From: an uncultured Chloroflexia bacterium
GTDB lineage: Bacteria; Chloroflexota; Chloroflexia; Chloroflexales; Herpetosiphonaceae
Reading direction: 5' to 3'
Length of the DNA: 64,000 bases
Assembly: GCA_963767035.1 (NCBI GenBank)
Contig: CAVYBW010000001.1
Span: 2,502,547-2,566,546 of the forward strand
In this document: piece by piece, positions 37,379 through 48,136 of the stretch
Layout of the letters: the number at the start of each line of letters is the position of its first letter
Numbering within the stretch: the first letter of the stretch is position 1
Position numbers and translations under genes: made by a program
The notes under the pieces: model-generated
What the model was told of the DNA's origin: nothing
Database searches by the model: none
Seen by the model: the letters and a program-made list of their open reading frames with translations, nothing else

Positions 37379-39022
37379 ATGTTATTACAAATCAACAACC
37401 TCAATAAAGCCTATGGCCCACATCAAATCCTCAACGATATTGGGTTAATTATCAATCGTGGCGAACGCGTTGGTCTCGTTGGAGCCAATGGCGTTGGCAA
37501 ATCGACCTTACTGCGCTTAATTATTGGTCAAGAGCAAGCCGACGCTGGCACAATTCGCTGGGGCGAAGGTTGCGAATATGGCTATTTAACCCAGCAATTG
37601 ACCACACCCGCTGGGCTGAATGTTGAGCAATTGCTGGCTGCTAGCCAACAACAACTAAGCGATCTAGCCCAACAGCTTGAACAATTAAGCAGCCAAATGG
37701 CCAATGCCGAACCCGATCAACTCCCAACTATCTTAGAACGCTATGGCGATGTGGCGCAACGCTTTGAGTTGCGTGGTGGCTACGAGCTTGATTATCGGAT
37801 TGATCAAGTGCTGCAAGGCTTGGGATTAAGCCATCTGCCCCGTGAACGCTTGGTGCATGAGCTATCTGGTGGTGAGAAAACCCGCCTCGGTTTAGCTGCA
37901 TTGCTGATTAGCAACCCCGACTTATTGTTGTTGGACGAACCAACCAATCACCTTGATCATCAGGCCAGCGCATGGCTTGAAACGTGGCTCCAAGCCCATA
38001 CTGGCGCAATGTTGGTGGTTTCGCACGATCGGGCTTTTCTCGACCAAGTGGCAACCAGCATTATTGAGCTTGATGAACACACCCACCAACTCAAAACCTA
38101 CCCTGGCAACTACAGCGCTTATTTTGCCGCCAAGCAAGCCGAACGCCACCGCTGGGAAGCTGATTATCAACGGCAGCAGGCCGAAATTCGCCAATTGCAA
38201 ATGCGCGCCAAAGCCCAAAATCAGCAAGTTGCCCACAATCGAGCACCGCGCGATAACGATGGGTTTATCTACCACACCAAGGGCGAAAATGTGGCGACGG
38301 CGGTTTCGCGCAATGTGCGTTCAGCCCAACAAGCCCTCGATCGCATTTTGGCCGATCCAATTGCTGAGCCACCCAAGCCCTTCGCGATCAACCCAACCTT
38401 TAATCCCAGCCCCGATGGCAGTCAACAAATCTTGTCGATCGAACATTTAAACTCTCAGCGAGAGCAACAAAGCTTGCTTGAACAGATCGATTTGGAATTA
38501 CGCCCAGGCCAGCGTATCCTGATTACTGGTGCTAATGGCAGTGGCAAAACCACCTTGCTTGAGCTAATTGCAGGCAAGTTGCAACCAAGCAGCGGCCAAA
38601 TTCGCTATGGCCCGAATTTACAAATTGGCTATTTACGCCAAGAATATCAGCGGACCAAGCCTGAGCAAAGCCTATTTGAGGCCTATCGTGAGGGCTTGAT
38701 TGGCTTTAACAAAGACCTGATTAACGAGCTGGTTTGGTCGGGTCTCTTTCGCTATGCCGAGGTCAATCGCCCGGTTGGTGGCATTAGCACAGGTCAGTTG
38801 CATAAGTTACAATTAGCACGATTGATTGCGTTACGGGCCAATTTGCTGTTGCTCGATGAACCGACGAACCACCTTAGTTTTGATGTTTTAGAGCAATTCG
38901 AGGCTGCGCTCAATCAATTTGCTGGGCCAATCATCGCAGTTTCGCACGATCGGCGCTTTATCCAGCAATTTGCTGGCGAGATTTGGCACTTACACGAGGG
39001 ACGGTTAACGCGCCTATGCTGA
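37379..39022 (+). CDS. ABC-F family ATPase (two ABC nucleotide-binding domains, no transmembrane domain; EttA/Uup-like)
   Basis: Walker A 'GANGVGKST' and 'GANGSGKTT'. Signature 'LSGGEKTRLGLAAL'. Walker B 'LLLDEPTNHLD' x2. An inter-domain linker is present. Confidence 0.8.
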   Translation: MLLQINNLNKAYGPHQILNDIGLIINRGERVGLVGANGVGKSTLLRLIIGQEQADAGTIRWGEGCEYGYLTQQLTTPAGLNVEQLLAASQQQLSDLAQQLEQLSSQMANAEPDQLPTILERYGDVAQRFELRGGYELDYRIDQVLQGLGLSHLPRERLVHELSGGEKTRLGLAALLISNPDLLLLDEPTNHLDHQASAWLETWLQAHTGAMLVVSHDRAFLDQVATSIIELDEHTHQLKTYPGNYSAYFAAKQAERHRWEADYQRQQAEIRQLQMRAKAQNQQVAHNRAPRDNDGFIYHTKGENVATAVSRNVRSAQQALDRILADPIAEPPKPFAINPTFNPSPDGSQQILSIEHLNSQREQQSLLEQIDLELRPGQRILITGANGSGKTTLLELIAGKLQPSSGQIRYGPNLQIGYLRQEYQRTKPEQSLFEAYREGLIGFNKDLINELVWSGLFRYAEVNRPVGGISTGQLHKLQLARLIALRANLLLLDEPTNHLSFDVLEQFEAALNQFAGPIIAVSHDRRFIQQFAGEIWHLHEGRLTRLC

Positions 39023-39834
39023 CATCATTTGAACAAACAATTATCGAACCAGCCCGGTATCAACTAGAAACGCTGATTATTGGCCAAGAATTGCTTGGAC
39101 TTGAACAAACTGCTTCGACCAATAGCCTGATTCGCGAACGCGCGTTTGCTGGGGTCGCCGAGGGTTTAGTAATTGTGGCCAATGAGCAAACCGCAGGCCG
39201 TGGGCGCCGTGGCCGCAACTGGAGCGCGCCTGCTGGCAGCAGTTTGTTGCTTTCGCTGCTCTTGCGCCCAACCTGGTTAGTGCCAAGCGAAAGCTTTTTA
39301 TTAACCATGCTGGCCGCCGTCGCCATTAGCGAGGCGATCGAGCGCGAAACTAGCTGCAAGGTCGAGCTGAAATGGCCCAACGATCTGCTGATCAAGGGGC
39401 GTAAATTAGCTGGCATCTTGGTCGAGCTAGAAACCGCCGGCCCCGAACGGTTGCGCTGGGCAGTGATTGGGAGCGGTATCAACGTCAATTGGCAGCCAAC
39501 CAGCGATCCAACGATTAACCAAGCGGCAACCTCGTTGGCAATCGAATGTGGTCATGATGTTGATCGGGCAGGTTTACTACGCGCAATCCTGCAAAGCTAC
39601 GATCGCCAATACCTCAGTTTGCGCAGTGGTCGTCGCGAAGCGTTACGTCAAGCATGGCTGAATCGGCTAACCACCTTGGGCCAAAGCGTTGAAGTCGAAT
39701 TAAGCAGCCACAGCTTTACTGGCGTGGCCGAATCGGTTGATGCCTATGGTGGTTTGCAAGTACGCGATAGCGCTGGTCAACTGCAAACAGTCTATGCAGG
39801 CGATGTGAAAATTCGCCCATTAGCCCAAGCCTAA
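39016..39834 (+). CDS. birA: biotin--[acetyl-CoA-carboxylase] ligase (BirA catalytic and C-terminal domains, no N-terminal HTH)
   Basis: 'ANEQTAGRGRRGRNWSAPAGSSLLLSLLL' is the BPL signature. The ATG overlaps the ABC-F stop (ATGCTGA). Confidence 0.8.
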   Translation: MLTSFEQTIIEPARYQLETLIIGQELLGLEQTASTNSLIRERAFAGVAEGLVIVANEQTAGRGRRGRNWSAPAGSSLLLSLLLRPTWLVPSESFLLTMLAAVAISEAIERETSCKVELKWPNDLLIKGRKLAGILVELETAGPERLRWAVIGSGINVNWQPTSDPTINQAATSLAIECGHDVDRAGLLRAILQSYDRQYLSLRSGRREALRQAWLNRLTTLGQSVEVELSSHSFTGVAESVDAYGGLQVRDSAGQLQTVYAGDVKIRPLAQA

Positions 39835-39954
39835 CCCAGCCAGAAACCTGCAATAGCCTAGCGTTGCCCAAGCCTTAAGGTTTGACAGCGTTTTAGGCTA
39901 TTGTTATACTCGCCACGTTGTGACAGCTGTCACATGGATTAAAGGCCACGATGC

Positions 39955-42003
39955 ATGCAGATCAATTCCCATCCTTCAACCCGACCTAAGCAATCAGTTT
40001 GGCAAACCTATCAGCCAATCTTAACCATTGTGAGTGCAGCGCTGGCCATCCTCTTGGCCCTAATCAGCTTTGGCTTTATGCAGAGTATCGATTGGCTTGC
40101 GACCAACACCCAGCAGATCGTTGGTTTTGGCAGTTTTTTGCTGCTGGTGATATTGATCCCTGGCTGGGCGACCATTCGTTGGCTAACCCCCAAACAATTG
40201 CTAAGCCGCAGTGAACGCTGGGCTTTGAGCTGGTGCGTTGGGATTGCGCTGCCGCCAATTAGCTTGAACTTATTTCATCTTGTTGGGCTATCAATTAATC
40301 GCTGGGTGATCATCGCCTATGCTTTGCTTGGGCTTTTAGGCGCAATCTGGCCGGAACCGCGCTCGACTTGGAACCTGCGGTTCGTGCAACTCAAACAAAT
40401 CCGAATCAGCGGTCATGCTTGGCTCTTATTCAGCATTGCGCTGGTCAGCATCATTCAACGGCTGTTGGCAGTGCGCAATTTAAGCGTGGCCCAATGGAAC
40501 GATGCCTATCATCATACTATTATTACTCAGCTCTTTTTAAATAACGGTGGTATTTTCGAGACTTGGCAACCCTATGCCGATTTAAATACATTTAGCTACC
40601 ATTATGGCTTCCACGCCAATAGTGCCTTTTTGGCTTGGTGGAGCCAGCTCGCCGCCACAACCAGCGTTCTGTATACCGGCCAATTGCTGGGCGTTGCTGC
40701 TGGCGTAATGGCCTATTTGCTAGGCCGACGATTAAGCGGGCGGCCAAGCATAGGCTTGATTGCCTTTGCGCTGACCAGTTTCTACAACTTAATGCCAGCC
40801 TATTATGTTAACTGGAGCCGCTTTACCCAATTAATCGGCCAAGTTATTTTGGTTGGGTTGGTTGTGGTTTGGTTTATCGCCTTGGAATATCCACGCTTTT
40901 CGTGGAAGTTAGTTGGTTTAGCCACGATCCTAACGACCAGCCTGCTGCTCACGCATTATCTTGTGACTCTGTTCGCGGTCGTAATGGTTGGGTTGATCAT
41001 CTTGGCATTATTAGCGCTACGGCCAACATTTGAGAATTTAAAGCAATTGAGCCTACGGGCTGGCGCAATTACAATCGCCAGCGCAATCATCGCCGCGCCA
41101 TGGTTATATACGATTATTCAGAGTAAGCTCACGGCGATTGCCCGCAACTACGTCACTGGCTATAGTTCGGGCTACGCCGCAACGGTTGCCACCCTCGACC
41201 AAATTGTGCCAACCTATATTAAAGGGCCAATTATGCTTTTGGCAGTGATTGGCATTTGGCTAGCATGTGCTCAGCGCTCGTGGCGCATGCTGTTGCTGGT
41301 GGGTTGGAGCCTTGGAATTGAAATTTTGGCAGTGCCGTATGTTTTTAACTTACCAATTAGCGGCATCATTAGTGGCTTCGCTGTTTCGATCATGTTATAC
41401 CTTACAATTATCCCACTCGCTGCCTATCCTTTGGGCCTGCTGCTCGATCGATATAGCCGCCCATGGTATATCAAAGCATTGGCTTTAGCAGGCTTGTATG
41501 GCTTGATTGTTTGGTCTACGCCATGGCAAACCGCAATTGTCAACGAGCAAAATCGTTTATTGACAACTGCCGATGAGCAAGCAATGCAATGGATTCGTGA
41601 AACGACGGAGCCAGATGCCCGCTTTTTAATTAATGGGCTATCGAGCTATGGCGATGCATTAATTATTGCCGATGATGGTGGCATGTGGATTCCATTTCTG
41701 ACTGGTCGCCAAACCACGATTCCACCATTGACCTACGGCTCGGAAAAAGCCATCAATCCACAGCTTGATCGCGAAGTTTATGCGTTGTATGCAGCGTTGC
41801 GTTCAACCGCCTTAGAAAGCGCGGAAGGCATCGCATTGCTTCACAAAAATCAGGTTGATTACATTTATGCTGGCCCGCATATGGGCAAGAATGCCCAAAA
41901 CACTCAGCTTAACATTCAAGCACTCCGCTATCGGCCAGAGCAATTTCCGATTGTCTATGAGCGTGATGGAGTGGTGATCTTTGCAGTAAAGGCGCAACAA
42001 TGA
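39955..42003 (+). CDS. large polytopic membrane protein (about 14 TM plus a C-terminal extracytoplasmic domain); putative GT-C-type glycosyltransferase/polymerase or oligosaccharyltransferase-like component
   Basis: 682 aa with many TM helices and a soluble C-terminal roughly 160-aa domain. It is the first gene of the operon, start/stop-overlapped with the GT4 genes. No diagnostic motif was recognised; the function is inferred from architecture and context. Confidence 0.45.
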   Translation: MQINSHPSTRPKQSVWQTYQPILTIVSAALAILLALISFGFMQSIDWLATNTQQIVGFGSFLLLVILIPGWATIRWLTPKQLLSRSERWALSWCVGIALPPISLNLFHLVGLSINRWVIIAYALLGLLGAIWPEPRSTWNLRFVQLKQIRISGHAWLLFSIALVSIIQRLLAVRNLSVAQWNDAYHHTIITQLFLNNGGIFETWQPYADLNTFSYHYGFHANSAFLAWWSQLAATTSVLYTGQLLGVAAGVMAYLLGRRLSGRPSIGLIAFALTSFYNLMPAYYVNWSRFTQLIGQVILVGLVVVWFIALEYPRFSWKLVGLATILTTSLLLTHYLVTLFAVVMVGLIILALLALRPTFENLKQLSLRAGAITIASAIIAAPWLYTIIQSKLTAIARNYVTGYSSGYAATVATLDQIVPTYIKGPIMLLAVIGIWLACAQRSWRMLLLVGWSLGIEILAVPYVFNLPISGIISGFAVSIMLYLTIIPLAAYPLGLLLDRYSRPWYIKALALAGLYGLIVWSTPWQTAIVNEQNRLLTTADEQAMQWIRETTEPDARFLINGLSSYGDALIIADDGGMWIPFLTGRQTTIPPLTYGSEKAINPQLDREVYALYAALRSTALESAEGIALLHKNQVDYIYAGPHMGKNAQNTQLNIQALRYRPEQFPIVYERDGVVIFAVKAQQ

Positions 42004-43145
42004 AACTCTGTGTGGTTGGACCAACCTATCCCTATCGTGGGGGGATTGCTCATTACACCACGCTTTTGGTCAAACACTTGCGCGAAGTTGGCCATCAGGT
42101 GCGATTTTATTCGTATACCCGCCAATATCCGCGCTGGCTTTTTCCAGGCAAAACCGATAAAGACCCCAGTGCTACGCCATTGCGGGTTGAATGCGAATAT
42201 GTGCTCGACCCAACCAATCCAATTACTTGGTGGCGTTTGTGCCGCAAAATTCGCGCCGATAATCCCGATTTGGTGGTGTTGCAATGGTGGGTTCCCTACT
42301 GGACACCCTCGCTGAGCTATATTTCGCGCTGGCTCAAAAAACACACCAAAGCCAAGATAGTCTATATTTGCCACAATGTTATGCCGCATGATGGCGGTGG
42401 CTTTTTGGATCGGCGCATGGCTTCGACGGTGCTCAAGCAGGGCGATGCCTTGATTGTGCATAGCGACCAAGATTTGCATCGGGCGCAAGCGCTCTTGCCG
42501 CAAGCCGCCGTGCTTAAATCGCAGTTGCCCACCTTTGAAGAAGTGGCCAAACACACCGATGCGGCGGCGATTGAGCGTTTGCGTGCGCACCTTAATATCG
42601 CTACCGATCACGATATTTTGCTGTTTTTTGGCTTTGTACGGCCCTATAAAGGCTTAGAATATTTGATTCAAGCGTTGCCGTTGGTGGTGCAGGAGCGACC
42701 TGTACATTTGCTGGTAGTTGGCGAGTTTTGGGCTTCGCCCGAATTTTATCAGCGCTACACCCGCGAATATGGGGTTGAGGCCAATGTCACCTTTATCAAT
42801 CGCTATGTGCCGAATGAAGAGCTTGGCCCCTATTTCGATGTCGCCGATGTGGTAGTGCTGCCCTATATTTCGGCCACTCAAAGCGCAGTGGTGCAATTGG
42901 CGTTTGGGCTTGGCAAGCCAGTTATCACCACCCGGGTTGGTGGTTTGCACGAAGTTGTGCGCGATGGAGTCAATGGTTTGGTCGTGCCGCCCCAAGATGA
43001 AGTGGCCTTGGCCAAGGCAATTGTGCGCTACTTTAAGGATGAACTCCAAGCTCCGATGACCGCCGCCGTCCAAGCTGAACGCGGCCAACAACTGCATGGC
43101 TGGGAAAATTTGATCAACTGCCTTGAACAAATTGGGGCCAAATAA
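42000..43145 (+). CDS. glycosyltransferase family 4 (GT-B, retaining)
   Basis: 'LPYISATQSAVVQLAFGLGKPVITTRVGGLHEVVRDGVNGLVVPP' is the EX7E-type GT4 C-domain. ATGA overlap with the upstream gene. Confidence 0.8.
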   Translation: MKLCVVGPTYPYRGGIAHYTTLLVKHLREVGHQVRFYSYTRQYPRWLFPGKTDKDPSATPLRVECEYVLDPTNPITWWRLCRKIRADNPDLVVLQWWVPYWTPSLSYISRWLKKHTKAKIVYICHNVMPHDGGGFLDRRMASTVLKQGDALIVHSDQDLHRAQALLPQAAVLKSQLPTFEEVAKHTDAAAIERLRAHLNIATDHDILLFFGFVRPYKGLEYLIQALPLVVQERPVHLLVVGEFWASPEFYQRYTREYGVEANVTFINRYVPNEELGPYFDVADVVVLPYISATQSAVVQLAFGLGKPVITTRVGGLHEVVRDGVNGLVVPPQDEVALAKAIVRYFKDELQAPMTAAVQAERGQQLHGWENLINCLEQIGAK

Positions 43146-44377
43146 TGCGGCGGATTGTCTTTCTGATTACCATGGGCATTGAGCGGCCTTCGGGCCAGCG
43201 CTACTTTAATTTGGCCCGTGAACTGGTGCGCCATGGTGATCAGGTGCGAATTTTGGCGTTACACCCCGATTTAGCCCAATGCCAGCAACGCCGCTTGCGC
43301 CAAGCTGGAGTTGAAATTTGGTATGTTGGCCAAATGCATTCGCGCAAACGCCATGGCGAGGTCTTGCCATTTTCGCCGTTGCAATTGCTGTGGGTCTTAA
43401 TCACTGCCACGTTGGGAATGCTTTGGGCCATTGTTTGCTCGCCTGCTGAGATTTATCATCTTGGCAAGCCGCAACCTGTCAATGGTTTGGCAGCGCTATT
43501 AGGCGTGTTGTTGGGTCGTGGCCAGCGTTTTTGGGTCGATTGCGACGATGATGAAGTTGGCAGCAATCGCCTCACCAACCAAGCCCAGCGCATGGTCTTT
43601 GGCTTTTGGCAATGGCTCTTGCCGCGCTTGGCCAAGGGCGTAACGGTTAATACCCAAGCATTGGCCCAGCGCATGCTTCAAGCGCGAGTGCCCAAAATTG
43701 TCTACGTGCCCAATGGCGTTGATTTAGGGTTGTTCCAAGCACCGGAGCCTGTGATCTTGGCAGGTTTGCGCAGCAGTTTGGGCTTAGATGGTAAAAAAGT
43801 AATCGCCTATGTTGGCACGATTGCCTTGCACAATCACCCAATTAACTTATTGCTCGAAGCCTTCGACCTGCAATTAAAGCATGATCCGCTGATTCGTTTG
43901 CTATTAGTTGGCGGTGGCGAAGATTTGGGTTATGTTCAAAGCTGGATTCGCCAGCATGGCTACCATGATCGAATCAGCTGTTTGGGGCATCAAGATCGGC
44001 GCACGATTCCCATGTGGATGGCGCTTGCCGATGTTACGGTTGACCCCGTGTATGATGATGCGGTGGCCCAAGCCCGCTCGCCCTTGAAGCTGTTTGAAAG
44101 CTTGGCCTTGGGAATTCCCCCCGTCACTGGCGATGTGGGCGATCGTCGGCTTGTGTTGAATTTTGCAGCTGATCGCTTGATCGCTCCTGCTGGCGATGCG
44201 TTGGGTTTGGCTCAAACCTTACAAACGGTGCTGGCAACCTGGAGCGACGCAGATCGCCAAGCCTGCTTTGAACGAGCGGCTGACTATGCGTGGTCGGCGT
44301 TGGCGCTACGTTGGCGAGCAGGCTATGAGGAATATTATGCGCAACATCCGCTTGAACCAAGCCCTGCACATGAGTGA
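43145..44377 (+). CDS. glycosyltransferase family 4
   Basis: 'ARSPLKLFESLALGIPPVTGDVGDRR' C-domain. TAATG overlap with the upstream gene. Confidence 0.75.
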   Translation: MRRIVFLITMGIERPSGQRYFNLARELVRHGDQVRILALHPDLAQCQQRRLRQAGVEIWYVGQMHSRKRHGEVLPFSPLQLLWVLITATLGMLWAIVCSPAEIYHLGKPQPVNGLAALLGVLLGRGQRFWVDCDDDEVGSNRLTNQAQRMVFGFWQWLLPRLAKGVTVNTQALAQRMLQARVPKIVYVPNGVDLGLFQAPEPVILAGLRSSLGLDGKKVIAYVGTIALHNHPINLLLEAFDLQLKHDPLIRLLLVGGGEDLGYVQSWIRQHGYHDRISCLGHQDRRTIPMWMALADVTVDPVYDDAVAQARSPLKLFESLALGIPPVTGDVGDRRLVLNFAADRLIAPAGDALGLAQTLQTVLATWSDADRQACFERAADYAWSALALRWRAGYEEYYAQHPLEPSPAHE

Positions 44378-45657
44378 GCTTAGTAATGATTAAGGATTCC
44401 ACGCCAACCCAAACCAGCGTAGCCGAAACGCAATCATCAGCCAAATTGCCACGCGATCGGCTTTTTCAGATTAGCTTTGGGGTTGGCGGCGTGCTGCTAG
44501 CGCGGCTTTTGGGTATTTTTACCCAAATTATTTTGGCCCGTCGCATGGGCGCTGAGCAATATGGTTTGTTCAACTCACTGTATGCGCTCCTTAACCCGTT
44601 GATTATTCTGGCCAATTTGGGTTTGGATAATTGGTTGCTGCGCCAAAGCTCTGATCGGGTATTGCTGAATAAATCGGTTAGTCGGGTGTTTGCCTTGCGC
44701 GGCTTTGTGCTGGCAGGATTGTTATTAGTCGCTGCGCCGTTTGTGAGCATGCGCAACCCGGCCTTTACGCCGTACCTGATTGCCTTGGCCTGCGCGGGGA
44801 TTATTGGCGATTTGTTGGTTGGCACGGCGGATACCTCCTTGCGGGCCTCGATTCAGGTGCTCAAAGCCTCAAGCCTGCAAATTGTGGTGGCGCTGAGTTT
44901 ATTTGCTCCAATTTGGTTTACGCCAGAATTGCCATTTTCAACCGTGGTAATCTATCGCTGTATTGCGGTATCGCTTGGTTTCGGCCTCAGCGTCTACTAT
45001 TTGCATGGCATTTTGCGCTGGGTTTGGCAGCCGCGCCAATGGATTAATACAATTCGTGAGGCCCGTTTTTACTTCGTTTCCGAGGTAATGGCCTACTTAA
45101 CCTTACGGGTTGATCTGTTTTTGGTGGCCTTGTTGTTACCAACAATCAATTCGGCAATTTATGCACCGCCACTGGCAATCATCAACAACACCTTTTTAGT
45201 GCCCAGCATTACCGCCCAAATTTTGCTGCCCATGATTGTCAAACATCCGCCGCGTTCGCCACTGTATCGGCGGGTCATCAGCTTGGCGATTGGCTTGAGT
45301 TTGCTCTATGGTTTGGCATGGTTGGCAATCCTGAGCTGGCATTCGGATTGGATCATCAATCTGATGTATGGTGCTGAGTATGCCGAGGCCATTCCATTGT
45401 TGCAAATTATGGCGATTATTCCCTTGCTCAAAAGCCTTAATTTTTGCTGGGCCACCTTTATGGTTTCCAATGATCAGCAGCCATTGCGGGTTAAATTGCA
45501 AACCATTGGTGCAACGATTAGCATTCTTGGTAATTTTGTGGTCATTCCATTGTATGGATTGCAGGGCGTGGCGATTATTAATATGATCACCGAAATTGCC
45601 CTGTTTATCTCATATGGCTATGGTGCTTGGCTGACCTATCGGAAGGTAATGCGATGA
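44374..45657 (+). CDS. polysaccharide biosynthesis protein / oligosaccharide flippase (Wzx, MOP superfamily)
   Basis: About 12-14 TM. N-terminal 'LLARLLGIFTQIILARRMGAEQYGLF' is typical of Wzx. GTG start overlapping the upstream stop (GTGA). Confidence 0.7.
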   Translation: MSLVMIKDSTPTQTSVAETQSSAKLPRDRLFQISFGVGGVLLARLLGIFTQIILARRMGAEQYGLFNSLYALLNPLIILANLGLDNWLLRQSSDRVLLNKSVSRVFALRGFVLAGLLLVAAPFVSMRNPAFTPYLIALACAGIIGDLLVGTADTSLRASIQVLKASSLQIVVALSLFAPIWFTPELPFSTVVIYRCIAVSLGFGLSVYYLHGILRWVWQPRQWINTIREARFYFVSEVMAYLTLRVDLFLVALLLPTINSAIYAPPLAIINNTFLVPSITAQILLPMIVKHPPRSPLYRRVISLAIGLSLLYGLAWLAILSWHSDWIINLMYGAEYAEAIPLLQIMAIIPLLKSLNFCWATFMVSNDQQPLRVKLQTIGATISILGNFVVIPLYGLQGVAIINMITEIALFISYGYGAWLTYRKVMR

Positions 45658-46961
45658 AGGTTTTGTTATTAAATGCCCATTCGCCGCAAAATGCTGGCGA
45701 TTTGGCCTTGCTTGAGCAATCGTTGGCCCATTTACAGGCGGCGTTTCCCCACGCCGATCTGAGTTATGTGATTAATCAGCCCGAGCCGCCAGCATGGTTG
45801 CCTGCTGCTGTGCCATATCTTCGTTCGATCCATGAACATAAAACCAATTTGATCAAAGATGCACCCAAACCACGCCGTAAATGGCTGATGATGGGTTTAG
45901 CGATCTGGTTGGTTAGCATCAGCCTGCTCTATCGCTGGACTGGGATCAAACTCAAACCACGGGCAAGCAGTGCTTGGCGCGAATTGCTTGAGCATTATTT
46001 TGAGGCCGATGCTACCGCAGCGATTGGCGGCGGCTATTTGTATGCCACCAAAGCCTTTGATTTAAACTATATTTGGGTTTGGTTGGGAGTTGCATTGCCG
46101 GTGCTGATGGGCAAGCCGTTGGTGTTGTTGCCGCAATCGTTTGGGCCAGTTACGGGCAAAATCAACCAACTGCTCTTGGCGTGGTTGGTCAATCGCTCGG
46201 TGCTGGCCTATGCACGTGAGGAGCGCTCGCAGCAATATCTGTATAGCATCGGGGTCAATCAACCGGTGCATGTTGTACCCGATGTGGCCTTCAATTGCCC
46301 AACCGTCGAGCCAGCGCAGGCCGAGCAGTATCTGGCGCGTTGGTGGCAACCAGCCAAACGCCCAGCCTTGCTAGTTGGCATTACGGCGATGGATTTTGGC
46401 ATTCAGCACCCAGGCTCGGGGTTTAGCCATAGCCAACGCTATGAGCAAGCGCTGCTTGATCTGATTCAGCATATCAGCCAATGTGATGATGTACATATCT
46501 TGTTGTTTGCCCAATGCGTTGGCGCAAGCGAGGCCGAGGATGATCGGGTGGTGGCGCGGCGCTTGATGGCCCAATTGCCAGCTGAAACCCCGATAACCTT
46601 TATTGATGATCGCTTGCAGCCCGCGATGCTCAAGCAATTGTATAGCCAACTTGATCTGCTGATTGCAACCCGTTTACATTCGGCAATTTTTGCCTTGAGC
46701 ACCACCACGCCTAGTTTTGTGATTGGCTATTTGCACAAATCGGCGGGAGTGATGCAGATGCTCGGCTTGGCTGATTATCAAATTCCGATTGAATCGATTG
46801 ATAGTGATAACATTATTCGTGCCTTTGACCAAACTTTAGCCGCGCGCGGCTTGATTAAAACCATGATGCAGAGCGCGATTCCAGCGCTGCAACGCCAACT
46901 TGAGCGCTTGCCAAGCCAAATTCGGGCAGCGGTTGGCGATTGGTTACGAGGAGCAAACTAG
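45654..46961 (+). CDS. polysaccharide pyruvyl transferase family protein (CsaB/WcaK-like)
   Basis: N-terminal 'MKVLLLNAHSPQNAGDLALLEQSL' is the PS_pyruv_trans signature. ATGA overlap with the Wzx stop; RBS 'ggaagg'. Confidence 0.75.
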   Translation: MKVLLLNAHSPQNAGDLALLEQSLAHLQAAFPHADLSYVINQPEPPAWLPAAVPYLRSIHEHKTNLIKDAPKPRRKWLMMGLAIWLVSISLLYRWTGIKLKPRASSAWRELLEHYFEADATAAIGGGYLYATKAFDLNYIWVWLGVALPVLMGKPLVLLPQSFGPVTGKINQLLLAWLVNRSVLAYAREERSQQYLYSIGVNQPVHVVPDVAFNCPTVEPAQAEQYLARWWQPAKRPALLVGITAMDFGIQHPGSGFSHSQRYEQALLDLIQHISQCDDVHILLFAQCVGASEAEDDRVVARRLMAQLPAETPITFIDDRLQPAMLKQLYSQLDLLIATRLHSAIFALSTTTPSFVIGYLHKSAGVMQMLGLADYQIPIESIDSDNIIRAFDQTLAARGLIKTMMQSAIPALQRQLERLPSQIRAAVGDWLRGAN

Positions 46962-46969
46962 CAAACCAT

Positions 46970-48136
46970 ATGGATAAAATAACTGTAGCCCATGTAATTA
47001 CTGGCTTTGCCAGCGCAGAAGGAGCAGGCGGCTCGGCCTTGTTTGGCATCGAAGTTGCGCGTGCGCTCGATAAAAGCCGATTTCGACCCATTTTGTGTGG
47101 CATTCATCGCTTTGATACGCCCTCGGAACAGCGTTGGCTCAAAACCTTGGCCGCTGAAGCGATTGAAACGCGGATAATGGTGCCAGAGCGCAGCAAATTG
47201 CGCTACGATATGGTGCGATTTAGCGCCTTGCTCAATCAACTTGTGCGCGATCAAGCAGTCGATATTATTCATACCCATGTTGAGCGGGTTGAATTTTTTA
47301 TTAGCCTGCAAAAATTGTTAAACCCAAGCTACTACCCCAAATTGGTGCGAACGCTGCATGTTAATTCGATGTGGGTAACGCGGCCAATGGTGCGACGCTT
47401 GATGAATCTTGTCTATACGCAATTGTTTAGTGAAGAAATTGCGATTTCTCAAGCCACCAAAACCATGCTTGATCAGCGCAAGGCAGCCCGTATATTTGGC
47501 CGTTCGGCGACTGTGATTCAAAATAGCCTACCCTTGGCGCGGTTAAAAAATTTCGATTTGCCCAAACAGCACACGCCATTCAACCCACCACGCTTTTTAC
47601 TGATTGGCCGCTTAGAAATTCAAAAAGCCCAAGATATTTTTATTCAAGCGGCGGCGTTGGTGTTGCAACACTACCCACATGCTGAGTTTTGGTTGGCAGG
47701 CGAAGGCATGCAAGAGGCCAATTATCGCCAACTTGCGGCCAATTTAGCGATTGAGCATGCGATTAAATTCCTTGGGCCACGCGGAGATATCCCCGCTGTG
47801 CTCAGTCAGGTTGATGTGTTGGTCTCAACCTCGCGCTGGGAAGGCTTTGCAACCGTTATTTTAGAAGGTATGGCAGCTCGCACGCCGGTAATTGCGACCG
47901 ATATTGGCGGCAACAACGAGCAAGTTGTTGATCGTGAGACCGGGCTTTTGGTTGAGGTGGATAATCCAAGTGCAGTGGCAGAGGCGATGATTTGGATGCT
48001 GGAACACCCAACTGAAACTGCTGTGATGGCCCAGCGAGGCTACGAATGGGGGCAGCAGTTCACTATGGAACGTACTGCTGCCCAGTATGGTGCGATCTAT
48101 GAGCGGCTAATTACGGCGCAAAAATATCGACCTTGA
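46970..48136 (+). CDS. glycosyltransferase family 4
   Basis: 'VLVSTSRWEGFATVILEGMAARTPVIATDIGGNNEQVVDRETGLLV' is the GT4 motif. The ATG at 46970 is preferred over the upstream TTG. Confidence 0.8.
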   Translation: MDKITVAHVITGFASAEGAGGSALFGIEVARALDKSRFRPILCGIHRFDTPSEQRWLKTLAAEAIETRIMVPERSKLRYDMVRFSALLNQLVRDQAVDIIHTHVERVEFFISLQKLLNPSYYPKLVRTLHVNSMWVTRPMVRRLMNLVYTQLFSEEIAISQATKTMLDQRKAARIFGRSATVIQNSLPLARLKNFDLPKQHTPFNPPRFLLIGRLEIQKAQDIFIQAAALVLQHYPHAEFWLAGEGMQEANYRQLAANLAIEHAIKFLGPRGDIPAVLSQVDVLVSTSRWEGFATVILEGMAARTPVIATDIGGNNEQVVDRETGLLVEVDNPSAVAEAMIWMLEHPTETAVMAQRGYEWGQQFTMERTAAQYGAIYERLITAQKYRP

